Shown: positions 17,621 to 27,013 of the stretch, piece after piece
How the letters are laid out: every line of letters begins with the position of its first letter
How positions within the stretch are numbered: position 1 is the first letter of the stretch
IMG/VR virus record: IMGVR_UViG_3300014257_000015
Coordinates: 32,001-96,000 of that record
DNA from: a virus
Length of the DNA stretch: 64,000 bases
Strand: one strand, 5' to 3'
Made by a program: the position numbers and the translations under genes
Notes under the pieces: model-generated
Told to the model about the DNA's origin: nothing
The model's database searches: none
The model's input: the letters and a program-made list of their open reading frames with translations, nothing else

Positions 17621-20600
17621 TGGAAGACTTTGTAGGGTTGCACAACCATTCGGATGCTAGCCAACTAGACGGTGCTGGGAAAATATCCGAATACATCAAG
17701 GCCGTAGTCGAACGCAAGGCGCCTTCAATCGCTTTCACCGAACACGGGACAATGCGCGGGTACCAGACGCAATATGATCAATGCAAAGAACACAACATCA
17801 AGCCAATTTATGGGATTGAATTCTATGTGGCCAATGACATGCGTCGAAAGGGCCTAACCGAAGACGAGCGCGCGGACATCACGAAAGGCAAACCTCGAAG
17901 CGAGCACAAAGATGCCATCAAGAAGTATGAAGAGCAACACGGCATCCGAGACAGATGGCATTTGACGTGCTGGGCGAAGAACGCAGAGGGAATGCGGAAT
18001 ATGATGCGCTTGGCGTCGCTTGCATACACCGAGGGGTTCTACTACAAGCCGCGCATTGACTTGAACGAACTGTACAAGTACAAAGAGGGGTTGGTGGTGG
18101 CGACGGGATGTTGTTCCAGCGTCATCTATGACAGGGCCGTGTTGGGGAAAAAGAAGCTTGCATTAGAAATTGCCGATGAGATGCGTGAACAATTTGGGGA
18201 AGATTTGTGGATTGAGATACAACCGCACGCAATCGAAGAGCAGGTGATCTCCAACCAGTTGGCACTGGAATTGAAGGATAGGTGGGGGAAGAAGGCGCGC
18301 CTGCTTGCAACGCAAGACGCACATTATGTCAGGCCGGAAGATTGGGAAACGCATGAAGTGATGCTCTGTATCGGAACCAATGATGTGATGAGCAACCCCG
18401 AGCGTTTTCGTTTCACCGGGAATGATTTTCATTTCAAAACCCGAAAGGAAATGTTTGCGAAGTTCAGATCAACACACGCTTACTTGACCAGAGAGCAAGT
18501 CAAAGAATCTTTGGACAACACGTTGGTGTTCATGGACACAATATCTGATGGCCTGGTTACCATCGATAAAGACAAGTGTCTCATGCCACCAATACCGGTT
18601 CCTGAGAAGTATGACGGCAATGAGTTCGCATACTTGAAGGATTTGTGTTTGCGCGGTTGGGCATGGCGTGACATACCGGCCCGCGCCACTCTGTTGTCAA
18701 AGCGCGAGGGCGGCGACGAAGCAGAATGGCTGAAACGATACGTGGCAAGGTTGAAAAGAGAACTGACAGCAATCAAAAGCCAAAAGTTTGTTTCATATTT
18801 CCTTCTTGTTCACGATTTATACAATTGGGTGCGCCAGCAGGAAATCATGTGTGGGCCTGGACGAGGCTCAGCGGCGGGTTCGCTCGTTGCATACCTGACC
18901 GGCATCACATCGGTTGATCCGATAGAGCACAATCTGTTGTTCGAACGATTCATAAGCCCAACGCGTGTCGACCAGCCCGATATTGATATGGACTTTGAGG
19001 ATCGGCGCCGACAAGAGATCATCGAGTATCTGCGAAACAAATACGGCAATGATAAGGTGTGTCAGATTGCCACCGTAGGCAAGCTTTCGGGGAAGGCTGT
19101 AATCAGAGACATATCGCGTGTTCTTGAAGTGCCGTATGCAGCAGTAAACCAAGTCACCAATTCCATCATCGAAAGAAGCAGCGGCGACGAGCGGGCCAGC
19201 CAGACGGTTGAGGACTCTTTCAAAGAATTCAAGGTGTGTCGCGAATTCAACGCCAAATACCCGGATGTTCTGAGATATGCGAAGAAGCTCGAAGGAATGG
19301 CCAAGACGCTTGGAATACACGCAGCAGGCGTCGTGACTTCTCCTGAACCGTTGATGAATCTTGTCCCATTGGAGACGAGAAAGCATGATGGCCGTGACGT
19401 TGTGGTGAGCGCCATCGATATGTACGGGGTGGCAGCGTGTGGGTTGCTGAAATTGGACGTTCTTGGGCTGCGAACGCTGAGTGTCATTCGTGAATGTCTA
19501 GAAGCAGTTGAACAACACACTGGTGAAAAGATCGACCTCGAACGCATTGATTTGAATTTGAAAGACGTTCTTCAAGGATTCACAGATCACGATTATTGTG
19601 GCGTGTTTCAGTATGATTCCCCGGGTGCCGACAAGATTTGCACAGGCGTTGAGTTCAAACACTTCGAGGACATCGCTGCCATGACAGCGTTGAATCGACC
19701 GGGCACCGCGCGAAGCGGCCTAGCCACGCAATATGTGGCACGAAAGCGCAACCCGAAATTGGTTGAAAAGGCATCGTTTCACCCAGCGGTGAGTGAAATC
19801 ACGAAAGACACATTGGGAATCATCGTGTATCAAGAGCACGTGATGCGTATTTTCACCGACATAGCCGGGTTTGCCCCAGCAACGGCGGACAGCTTGCGCA
19901 AGAAAATAGCCAAAAAATTTGGCGATGAGACGATTGGAAAAGAACGCGAGAATTTCATTAAGGGTGCGATGGAAAATTGGGGTGACCGAGGGATGACCAA
20001 AGAGATCGCAGGAAAGATAATGGATGCGATCACGTTCTTTGGATGTATACCTGGTGAATCGTTGGTTTTAGTGGTCGAGGGAAGTGATGAAGACTTGTGC
20101 GCATTGCGAGAGGAAAGTGTTGGCAAGGGGATTGTGCTCAATACACTACCAGAGGGAATACAGGAAGGAAAGAACGGTGATCGGGAATCCTGTGAGTTCA
20201 GAGCACAACAAGATAGGGGTGCTTGGGCGCGGGTGGAAGTCAGCGCCTGGGGCGAGGGTCATTGCGTCGAACAAGTTGCAATCCAAGAAGATAACAGGGG
20301 CATTAAATCCGTCTTGGAAGGGCGGACACATCAAAAACTTCAAACTAGCAAGGAACAGGTTGTTGAAGGAAGAGAAGGGATGTTGTCGTTGCGGCACTTC
20401 GTTGATCAAGGGATCAGGGCCGAATCAAAAGTCATTTCACATCCACCACAAGAATCGAAACAAAGCGGACAACCGAGAAGAGAACTTGGAAGTGCTGTGT
20501 CAAAGTTGCCACAGCAAAGAACACACGAAAGAAAAAATTGCTGGGCGACTTGGAAAGAAATCGAAACGCTAAAGGTTGGTGATTGGATAGTGTCTTTTGA

Positions 20601-22371
20601 TGACGACATTCGCCCCGAGCTAAATAGAGTGAAAAGAATAGAGTGCACAGGGGTGAAGCCTGTCCGCAGGATGACACTCGAACAAGGCGAAATTTGGGCG
20701 ACCGGATCGCATTGGTGGATGAATAGCACAGGGGAATATATAGAGACAAAGGATTGCACGCCTGGTACAGAATTGCGTGTTGGTGATTCGATTTTCAAGG
20801 TTCTTGGTAATCGAAAAGATGGGCGATTGAAGACTTGGGACTTGGAGTGCGAATTCGAACCTAGCAACTATGCCGTCAGATTATTCAACAGCGATTCGTG
20901 TAATTACTTGATAAGCCATAATAGTTATGGATTCAACAAGTCGCATGCCACCGCATATGGAATCATCGCGTATTGGGAAATGTTCTTGAAAATACGCCAC
21001 CCGATCGAATTCTATTGGGCGCTATTGAAGAACGAACCTGACCGAATACGAATCCAACAGATCGCTAAAGATGCTAAAAAACATGGCATAGAATTGTTGC
21101 CGCCGTCGGTGGTGAATAGCGGTAAGCATTTCACAATAGACAGAGCAAATAATGCCATTCGTGGTTCGCTCGTCGACATCAAGGGCGTAGGTGATGCTGC
21201 GTCTGAATCAATCATGGTCGCCCAACCATACAAGGACTTCGGTGACTTGATTCAACGCGTGGACCGCCGAAAAGTACACAAGGGTGTCATTGTGGCATTG
21301 GCGAAGGCCGGGGCGTTAGATGACGTGGTGCCGAATCCTAAGTGGCTGATAGAAAACATCGAAGATTTTTGGACAGAGTTGGGGAAGAAGGGGTGGACAG
21401 AGAAAACAGAAAGATTGTTGCGAGATTCGGCTGATGCTCCGCAGTTCACCACCGAAGAGAGGCAGGTTGTGGCCTCGAAGGTTAGTCCACTCGCATTCGG
21501 GAAACATCCGCTCGATGCGTATGCGAATTTCATGGAACGTAGTGTGAAGGTTCCCATCGCGGCAATGTCTGATGAAGACTTTTTCAAAGACAATGACAAT
21601 CAAGGCGTATTCATCGCTGGCGTCGTTGTTGAGGTGAAGTACAATCAAATTGGAGATTTCAACACAGGTGAGCTTCCCAGTGAGTTGGAAAGGAAACAGA
21701 TGTTCTGGGGCCGCCGTTACGCCAATGTTAATGTCGAAGATCTTGGCGGGAAACAAAATAGGATCAAAGTGGATTTTGACATCTTTGATGATTATCGAGA
21801 TGTGGTTGATTCTGGAATAGGAACGCCTGTTGTTCTTCATGCTTTTGTGAACGCGAGGTTTGAGAATTTACGTTGTCATTTCATGATCAATCTGGAAGAG
21901 TACAGGCTAGCAGTCGAAGCAGGACAAGAGTTGACAGTGTGGCAAAGCATAGTCGCTGGTCGCCATCCAGCCAAAGAATATGAATGGAAAGATCCGTCAA
22001 AGTTGATCAAATACAAGACCCCAGAGGGCGAAGAGCGCGAGGTGAAAAGGCGTTCCAATGCAATCAGGAACAAAGCATTTTGGGATCGCGTATCACCTTC
22101 GTTTGTTGGCGTTGTCACGCACGTTCGGCCAAAATATGACAAGAATGGAAACCGGATGGCATTCTTGGGATTGCTGGACGGTGGTTCGCGATTCATCAGC
22201 GTGATAGCATTCGCATCCAGTTGGACAAAAGAAGTGCGACGTGTTTTGAAACCCGGGGCGTTGGTGAAAATAGAATTGGACTCCAAAAGAGACAAACGCA
22301 GTTGGTCATATTTCTACAACGGCGGAAAACTCAGGGTTCTGAGGTCAGCGCCATCAACCACATCACCATAG
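17620..22371 (+). CDS. dnaE: DNA polymerase III alpha subunit, intein-containing
   Basis: PHP LHNHSDAS.LDG, GRGSAAGS, PDIDMDF, HAAGVV, KLDVLGL, YQE, GFNKSH, OB folds. Confidence 0.97.
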   Translation: MEDFVGLHNHSDASQLDGAGKISEYIKAVVERKAPSIAFTEHGTMRGYQTQYDQCKEHNIKPIYGIEFYVANDMRRKGLTEDERADITKGKPRSEHKDAIKKYEEQHGIRDRWHLTCWAKNAEGMRNMMRLASLAYTEGFYYKPRIDLNELYKYKEGLVVATGCCSSVIYDRAVLGKKKLALEIADEMREQFGEDLWIEIQPHAIEEQVISNQLALELKDRWGKKARLLATQDAHYVRPEDWETHEVMLCIGTNDVMSNPERFRFTGNDFHFKTRKEMFAKFRSTHAYLTREQVKESLDNTLVFMDTISDGLVTIDKDKCLMPPIPVPEKYDGNEFAYLKDLCLRGWAWRDIPARATLLSKREGGDEAEWLKRYVARLKRELTAIKSQKFVSYFLLVHDLYNWVRQQEIMCGPGRGSAAGSLVAYLTGITSVDPIEHNLLFERFISPTRVDQPDIDMDFEDRRRQEIIEYLRNKYGNDKVCQIATVGKLSGKAVIRDISRVLEVPYAAVNQVTNSIIERSSGDERASQTVEDSFKEFKVCREFNAKYPDVLRYAKKLEGMAKTLGIHAAGVVTSPEPLMNLVPLETRKHDGRDVVVSAIDMYGVAACGLLKLDVLGLRTLSVIRECLEAVEQHTGEKIDLERIDLNLKDVLQGFTDHDYCGVFQYDSPGADKICTGVEFKHFEDIAAMTALNRPGTARSGLATQYVARKRNPKLVEKASFHPAVSEITKDTLGIIVYQEHVMRIFTDIAGFAPATADSLRKKIAKKFGDETIGKERENFIKGAMENWGDRGMTKEIAGKIMDAITFFGCIPGESLVLVVEGSDEDLCALREESVGKGIVLNTLPEGIQEGKNGDRESCEFRAQQDRGAWARVEVSAWGEGHCVEQVAIQEDNRGIKSVLEGRTHQKLQTSKEQVVEGREGMLSLRHFVDQGIRAESKVISHPPQESKQSGQPRRELGSAVSKLPQQRTHERKNCWATWKEIETLKVGDWIVSFDDDIRPELNRVKRIECTGVKPVRRMTLEQGEIWATGSHWWMNSTGEYIETKDCTPGTELRVGDSIFKVLGNRKDGRLKTWDLECEFEPSNYAVRLFNSDSCNYLISHNSYGFNKSHATAYGIIAYWEMFLKIRHPIEFYWALLKNEPDRIRIQQIAKDAKKHGIELLPPSVVNSGKHFTIDRANNAIRGSLVDIKGVGDAASESIMVAQPYKDFGDLIQRVDRRKVHKGVIVALAKAGALDDVVPNPKWLIENIEDFWTELGKKGWTEKTERLLRDSADAPQFTTEERQVVASKVSPLAFGKHPLDAYANFMERSVKVPIAAMSDEDFFKDNDNQGVFIAGVVVEVKYNQIGDFNTGELPSELERKQMFWGRRYANVNVEDLGGKQNRIKVDFDIFDDYRDVVDSGIGTPVVLHAFVNARFENLRCHFMINLEEYRLAVEAGQELTVWQSIVAGRHPAKEYEWKDPSKLIKYKTPEGEEREVKRRSNAIRNKAFWDRVSPSFVGVVTHVRPKYDKNGNRMAFLGLLDGGSRFISVIAFASSWTKEVRRVLKPGALVKIELDSKRDKRSWSYFYNGGKLRVLRSAPSTTSP
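20044..20922 (+). mobile_element. class-1 intein in DnaE (293 aa; ~137 aa HINT core + ~156 aa insert)
   Basis: exteins ITFFG|...|SYGFNKSH; starts CIPGESLV, WKEIETLKVGD, block B ATGSH, block F TWDLE..PSNY, ends SHN/S. Confidence 0.93.
20087..20572 (+). CDS. HNH homing endonuclease encoded in the +1 frame inside the intein
   Basis: CAHC..VLARGLCSIHY, NPSWKGG, CCRCG..HIHHKNRNKADNREENLEVLCQSCHSKEH; GAGGGA SD just upstream of ATG. Confidence 0.9.
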   Translation: MKTCAHCERKVLARGLCSIHYQREYRKERTVIGNPVSSEHNKIGVLGRGWKSAPGARVIASNKLQSKKITGALNPSWKGGHIKNFKLARNRLLKEEKGCCRCGTSLIKGSGPNQKSFHIHHKNRNKADNREENLEVLCQSCHSKEHTKEKIAGRLGKKSKR

Positions 22372-22392
22372 GCTAAAAGCAACGAGGGTATC

Positions 22393-22734
22393 ATGTCAAG
22401 TCTATTGACGGCGGCGAAACGGGCAGGGCTTCACCCGGCGCGATGCGAAAACTGCCACCGAAAAATAAACACAAAAGCAGCAGTCAAAGAACTGTTCAAC
22501 ACAATCATACAGATGTGTGCCGATGGCGAGGTGGTACGCATCGACAATTTTGGCGTTTTCAGACTTCGCCTCCACCAGGGACGCACCATTGAATCTTCAG
22601 TCCTGCCTGGTGGAAGGGCAGAATTTGAAGACAGGATGGTGTTGAGTTTTAGACAGAGTGTTGGCGTGAAGAATAGGCTGTCGAAGATCATCAAGGCCAA
22701 CAACAACAAGAAGGAAAGAAAGGGCAAAAAATGA
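22393..22734 (+). CDS. HU/IHF-like DNA-binding protein
   Basis: GEVVRIDNFGVF...GR......FRQS; N-terminal CENC. Confidence 0.8.
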   Translation: MSSLLTAAKRAGLHPARCENCHRKINTKAAVKELFNTIIQMCADGEVVRIDNFGVFRLRLHQGRTIESSVLPGGRAEFEDRMVLSFRQSVGVKNRLSKIIKANNNKKERKGKK

Positions 22735-23258
22735 GTTTTAGCCAAGTAGAGTTGGTGGTCAACGGCGACAAGGTTCAGGTGGACCTCGAAGAAATTCTGT
22801 CCATACAAGACATCAGCCGTGACATGGACCAAGTAGCCTCTCAGATGAGCTACTGGGGAGCGGTATGGGCGGCAGCCGACGAAGAAAGCCAGAGGGCTGA
22901 CGCGCACTATCGAAAGTGGCGAGCAGAGACTGGACAACGAATCCTATCAGCCAACGAGAAGACTGCTGAGTGGAAAGTGAAACAAGACATCGAGTCTGAT
23001 GAAACGTTCCTGAAGCTCAAATCTAGTCTTGCGCAAGCAGCACACAATGTCACACTAGCCAAAGCCATCTTCGAAGCATTCAAGATCAAGGCCAACATGC
23101 TTCAGTCCAAGGGTGCCATGGCACGAGCAGAGTTGGATTCAACTGGAATGGCCACGAAAGTCGAGGCGCCGAAGCGCAGCAGCGGCGAAGACGAAGAAAG
23201 GAAGCTGCGCGAGAAAGAAGAGATCGTGAAGCGCGCCTTGAAAAACAAGAAGAAATAA
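22731..23258 (+). CDS. helical protein, possibly UvsY-like recombination mediator
   Basis: coiled-coil character; sits beside SSB and RecA; function from context. Confidence 0.45.
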   Translation: MSFSQVELVVNGDKVQVDLEEILSIQDISRDMDQVASQMSYWGAVWAAADEESQRADAHYRKWRAETGQRILSANEKTAEWKVKQDIESDETFLKLKSSLAQAAHNVTLAKAIFEAFKIKANMLQSKGAMARAELDSTGMATKVEAPKRSSGEDEERKLREKEEIVKRALKNKKK

Positions 23259-23289
23259 CAGACAAATCCAACGCCAAAGGAGAAAATCA

Positions 23290-24546
23290 ATGGCTATCGA
23301 CATGAAGAAGATGAAGAAACACAAAGAAGAACTGGCCACTGGCGGCGAGTTCCTCACATACCCATCGGGCGAGACGCGAATATACATCCACGGGCAATGT
23401 CGCCCTGATGATGAGACGCCACCCACCGCTGGATTCCCTTGGGTTCCTATCACTGTTCATTTCAATGTTGGCAAGAACAATGCGATGTGTGTTTGCCTTG
23501 ACAAGAACAGAAACGAGATTTTGAAACACCCGTATTTGAAGGGAATGTTGAAGGCGCGAAAGAATGCGCCGAAGCTCGATGGGACGTGCCCTGTTTGTGA
23601 AGAGATTGAAAACGGCGGGATGGATTCCGAGGAAGCCACAGAAGCTCGCCCACAGACGAAGTGGTTGTGGGGAACAACCAAAATCGCGTCGCGTGGCAAA
23701 GGTGATGATGATTGGAATGCGCAATCATTCAAGCCGGGCGTGACGATGGCTAACAAGACCATACACACCGGATTCATCGACATTTTCGACCAGGCTGGCG
23801 ATGTTACGGATGTGCAAGAAGCCACGTTGGCCATTGTTGGACGAGAGGGGAAAGGGAAAAATGACACCAAGTACAAGGTGTCTGTTGATGTTCCAACGAT
23901 AAAGAGTCCATTGAAATTGGACAAGAAATGTCGTGGCGCTTTGAAAGTCGCTATGAGCGAGGGCGGCGATTGTGATTTGTTCAAGATCGCGGCAAATATG
24001 ATCAAATCACCGGCCGAAATCAGAGCAATGCTGACTGGTGTAAAAATGGAAGACCCTGATGATGACGATGACGACGAGGCTGAGTTGGAAGAGTCGTTGA
24101 AGAAGGGGAAAAAATCGCGCATCATCGACGATGACGACGATGATGAAGACGAGCCGCCTAAGAAGTCAAAGAAAAAGGTCGTTGTCGATGAAGATGACGA
24201 CGATGACGAAGACGAAGACGAGCCGCCTAAGAAGTCAAAGAAAAAAGCCGTTGTCGACGATGAAGATGACGACGAAGACGAAGACGAACCGCCGAAAAAG
24301 TCAAAGAAAAAAGCCGTTGTCGATGATGACGATAATGATGATGAAGACGATGAAGACGATGAAGACGATGAAGACGATGATGAACCGCCGAAGAAGTCAA
24401 AGAAAAAAGCCGTTGTCGAAGACGACGATGACGATGACGAACCACCTAAGAAGTCCAAAAAGTCAAAGAAAAAGGATGAAAGCGACGAGCTAGACGATTT
24501 GGACGACGAGCTGGAAAGAATCACGAAATCAAAGAAGGGGAAGTGA
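23290..24546 (+). CDS. probable ssDNA-binding protein (gp32-like) with very long D/E-K repeat tail
   Basis: H..C..CPVC Zn ligands, GKGKNDTKY, ~165 aa acidic tail; precedes recA. Confidence 0.7.
   Translation: MAIDMKKMKKHKEELATGGEFLTYPSGETRIYIHGQCRPDDETPPTAGFPWVPITVHFNVGKNNAMCVCLDKNRNEILKHPYLKGMLKARKNAPKLDGTCPVCEEIENGGMDSEEATEARPQTKWLWGTTKIASRGKGDDDWNAQSFKPGVTMANKTIHTGFIDIFDQAGDVTDVQEATLAIVGREGKGKNDTKYKVSVDVPTIKSPLKLDKKCRGALKVAMSEGGDCDLFKIAANMIKSPAEIRAMLTGVKMEDPDDDDDDEAELEESLKKGKKSRIIDDDDDDEDEPPKKSKKKVVVDEDDDDDEDEDEPPKKSKKKAVVDDEDDDEDEDEPPKKSKKKAVVDDDDNDDEDDEDDEDDEDDDEPPKKSKKKAVVEDDDDDDEPPKKSKKSKKKDESDELDDLDDELERITKSKKGK
24058..24510 (+). repeat. coding repeat (D/E)n-EPPKKSKKK(A/V)VV x5
   Basis: GARCCRCCNAARAAGTC-type units repeated five times with GAY/GAA tracts between. 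Confidence 0.9.
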
Positions 24547-24547
24547 A

Positions 24548-25612
24548 GTGAAAGATTCCAAGAAAAAAGCTGGCGATAGGCCTGGCGGCGCAGATATCGC
24601 CAGCGAAGTGTTGGAATCAATCAACGATAAACTTGGTGGCAAGGACGTTGCACAGATGTTAGGTAGCGAGGGCCTTGCCATCAAGATCAGGGGTGTGATA
24701 TCGACAGGCTGCGCCACCATCGACGCCGCATCAGGACGTGGTGGCGTGCCTCTCGGTAGGTTGATAATATTGCATGGGGCTGAAGCGAGCGGAAAAACAA
24801 CATTGGCACTCCAGATAGTTGCACAAGCGCAACTTCAAGGCGGTGTCGCTGTATACATGGACACAGAATATAAGTTGGATCCAGATTATGCGGCAGCCCT
24901 TGGTGTGAATACCAAGAGGATGATCAATGTCCAGCCGAGCTATCTGGAGCAGGCTTTTGCTGTCTGTGAAGGGGCGATCGAGCGCGCGGCCAAGCACAGA
25001 GAAAGCACAGGGCTATCGACGCCAATCTTGATCGTTCTCGATAGCATGAACAGCACCATTTCAAAATCACAATTCGAAGGCGAGTGGGATGATCAACATT
25101 ACGCTCCTCAAGCGCGCGTATTCTCCGCGCTCCTTCCCAAGCTGATGCCTAAAGTTTCACGTGAAAATGTCTGTCTGCTGTGGGTAAGCCAAGTCAGAAA
25201 GAAAATGGGGGTGATGTATGGTGATGACGAAGAGATAGCGGGCGGAAACGCACCACGATTTTACGCCAGCCAGGTGCTGAAAGTGCGACGAATCGGAACG
25301 GTGAAAAAGGGCGAAGAAAAAGTCAAGGTGGCTAACAAAATCACAGTTGAATTCGTGAAAAATCAGGTTGCGCCACCATTCAAAAAAGCCGAGTGTGAAC
25401 TTGAATACGGGAAGGGATTCAACCAGCCGCTGGCCATACTCACACAGGCTGAAAAATGGGGGATTGTTGAAAGGGATGGGAACACATACCGCTATGAAGG
25501 GAAAAAGATCGGCGGTTCCATAGCATATGCTGTAGCAAAATTGGATGATGATGATGAATTGCGTGAGAAGATCTTGTGCGCCATTCGCGACGAGGGCAAA
25601 TGGAAATGGTAA
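24548..25612 (+). CDS. recA: RecA recombinase
   Basis: GAEASGKTT, IVLDS, GGNAPRFYAS, KNQVAPPFK. Confidence 0.95.
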   Translation: MKDSKKKAGDRPGGADIASEVLESINDKLGGKDVAQMLGSEGLAIKIRGVISTGCATIDAASGRGGVPLGRLIILHGAEASGKTTLALQIVAQAQLQGGVAVYMDTEYKLDPDYAAALGVNTKRMINVQPSYLEQAFAVCEGAIERAAKHRESTGLSTPILIVLDSMNSTISKSQFEGEWDDQHYAPQARVFSALLPKLMPKVSRENVCLLWVSQVRKKMGVMYGDDEEIAGGNAPRFYASQVLKVRRIGTVKKGEEKVKVANKITVEFVKNQVAPPFKKAECELEYGKGFNQPLAILTQAEKWGIVERDGNTYRYEGKKIGGSIAYAVAKLDDDDELREKILCAIRDEGKWKW

Positions 25613-25911
25613 TGAAAGCTGAAGATGTAGCAAAACTATGGCGCGAGATGCTTGAACACGAGATGAGCATCAAACCAGAAGACGAAAAGCTGGTTGCTTT
25701 TTTGTCTGCTGAATTCCTTTCAAGATGGAAGAGCACAGCGATCAAAGAGTCAGAGAATGGCGGTGATGAACTGCTCAGGTTTCATTCGTTGTACATCGAA
25801 AACAAGGGCAATGCGTTGGTTGCCATTATTGCTTTGCTAAAGGCGATGCGCATGATTAGTGTTGGTATCGGTTGCAACTTGATGGTTGCGGAGCATCCCT
25901 GTGGAACGTAG
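25612..25911 (+). CDS. hypothetical protein
   Basis: TAATG coupling to recA. Confidence 0.6.
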   Translation: MKAEDVAKLWREMLEHEMSIKPEDEKLVAFLSAEFLSRWKSTAIKESENGGDELLRFHSLYIENKGNALVAIIALLKAMRMISVGIGCNLMVAEHPCGT

Positions 25912-27013
25912 GTATAGAGCTGCGTTCATCGCAGACATACACGGTAGCAACAAGCTTCCATATTCCAAGCCCACAAAACAAGATCGCACCGACAGACTAG
26001 ACGACCAAATAGCGCTGCTACGTCGCTTCAGAGCTTCGGCCGAAGAGTATGATGTCGATGCCATCTATGTTCTAGGCGACCTCTATGACAAGTCGCTGGT
26101 GGACCCGGTAACACTAACGCACATAGTTGAAGAGGTCGTGTCTTGGCCATTCAACACATACATCCTCCCAGGCAATCACGAAGCAAATAGTCTTCGAGGT
26201 GGACGTTTTGCTGTTGAGGCCTTTGGTGTGATGGGTCGGGATCATCTGTTTGTGATTGGCAATGATGTTGAGCCTGTGATCATTGATGATTGGTTGAATT
26301 TCTGGCCAATAGCGTTCATGCCAGTCGGGGCAACAAAGCGGCGAATCGAAGCGATACGCGGGAAAATCAACAAGAAATGCACTAATGTTCTTCTTATGCA
26401 CAACAGCGTTCTGGGAGCGAATCACCAGGGCTGGACGTGTGATGACGGTCTGTTGGTAGAGGAAGTGTGCAACGGTTTCAATTGGACGTTATCAGGCCAT
26501 TTCCATACACCACAGAAATTTGGTGGGACAGGCTTGTATCTCGGCGCACCAATGCACCACCATTACGGTGATGTGGGACGAAAGGCCGGTTGGTGGATTA
26601 TGGATTTCTGTGGTGGCGATCTCAAAAGGAAGTTCATCGACGGCGCTGCGCCACGATTTCACATATTGGATGGGATAGACAAAAAAACAGCATCGAAAAT
26701 CAGCAAAGGTGATTATGCGCGAATTGAAATCAACGCAACAAGCGAAGATTGGGTGAAGATGAAGCCCGAAGTCAAGGCGTATTGTGCTGCACTTGATGAA
26801 AAAGGCATCAATTCATCTTTTCGACACATCCCGATTGCTCGTCATGGAATGCGTATGGCATCGTCGAAAACGGCGGCGATGACGCTTGACGAGGCGGTGG
26901 CCAAATACCCAGAAACAGCTAGCGTTGAAATTGGTTCGTTGGACAAGAAAAAGTTGAAATCAATTGGGCTTGAAGCGCTTCAAGCGGCGAGAGGTGAATA
27001 TGGAGTTGCTTGA
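25886..27013 (+). CDS. sbcD: SbcD/Mre11-like nuclease
   Basis: DIH, GDLYD, GNHE, LMH, GHFH metallophosphoesterase motifs; next to SbcC. Confidence 0.9.
   Translation: MRSIPVERRYRAAFIADIHGSNKLPYSKPTKQDRTDRLDDQIALLRRFRASAEEYDVDAIYVLGDLYDKSLVDPVTLTHIVEEVVSWPFNTYILPGNHEANSLRGGRFAVEAFGVMGRDHLFVIGNDVEPVIIDDWLNFWPIAFMPVGATKRRIEAIRGKINKKCTNVLLMHNSVLGANHQGWTCDDGLLVEEVCNGFNWTLSGHFHTPQKFGGTGLYLGAPMHHHYGDVGRKAGWWIMDFCGGDLKRKFIDGAAPRFHILDGIDKKTASKISKGDYARIEINATSEDWVKMKPEVKAYCAALDEKGINSSFRHIPIARHGMRMASSKTAAMTLDEAVAKYPETASVEIGSLDKKKLKSIGLEALQAARGEYGVA

Noticed and set aside
20044-20922. Group I intron, split intein or dnaE pseudogene
   Set aside because: The DnaE frame is continuous with canonical Cys...His-Asn/Ser intein ends, and removing the intein restores FG-SYGFNKSH.
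23457-24620. 387-aa minus-strand poly-Ser/Phe ORF
   Set aside because: Antisense shadow of the GAY/GAA/AAG repeats in the SSB tail; the same applies to 34824-35184.
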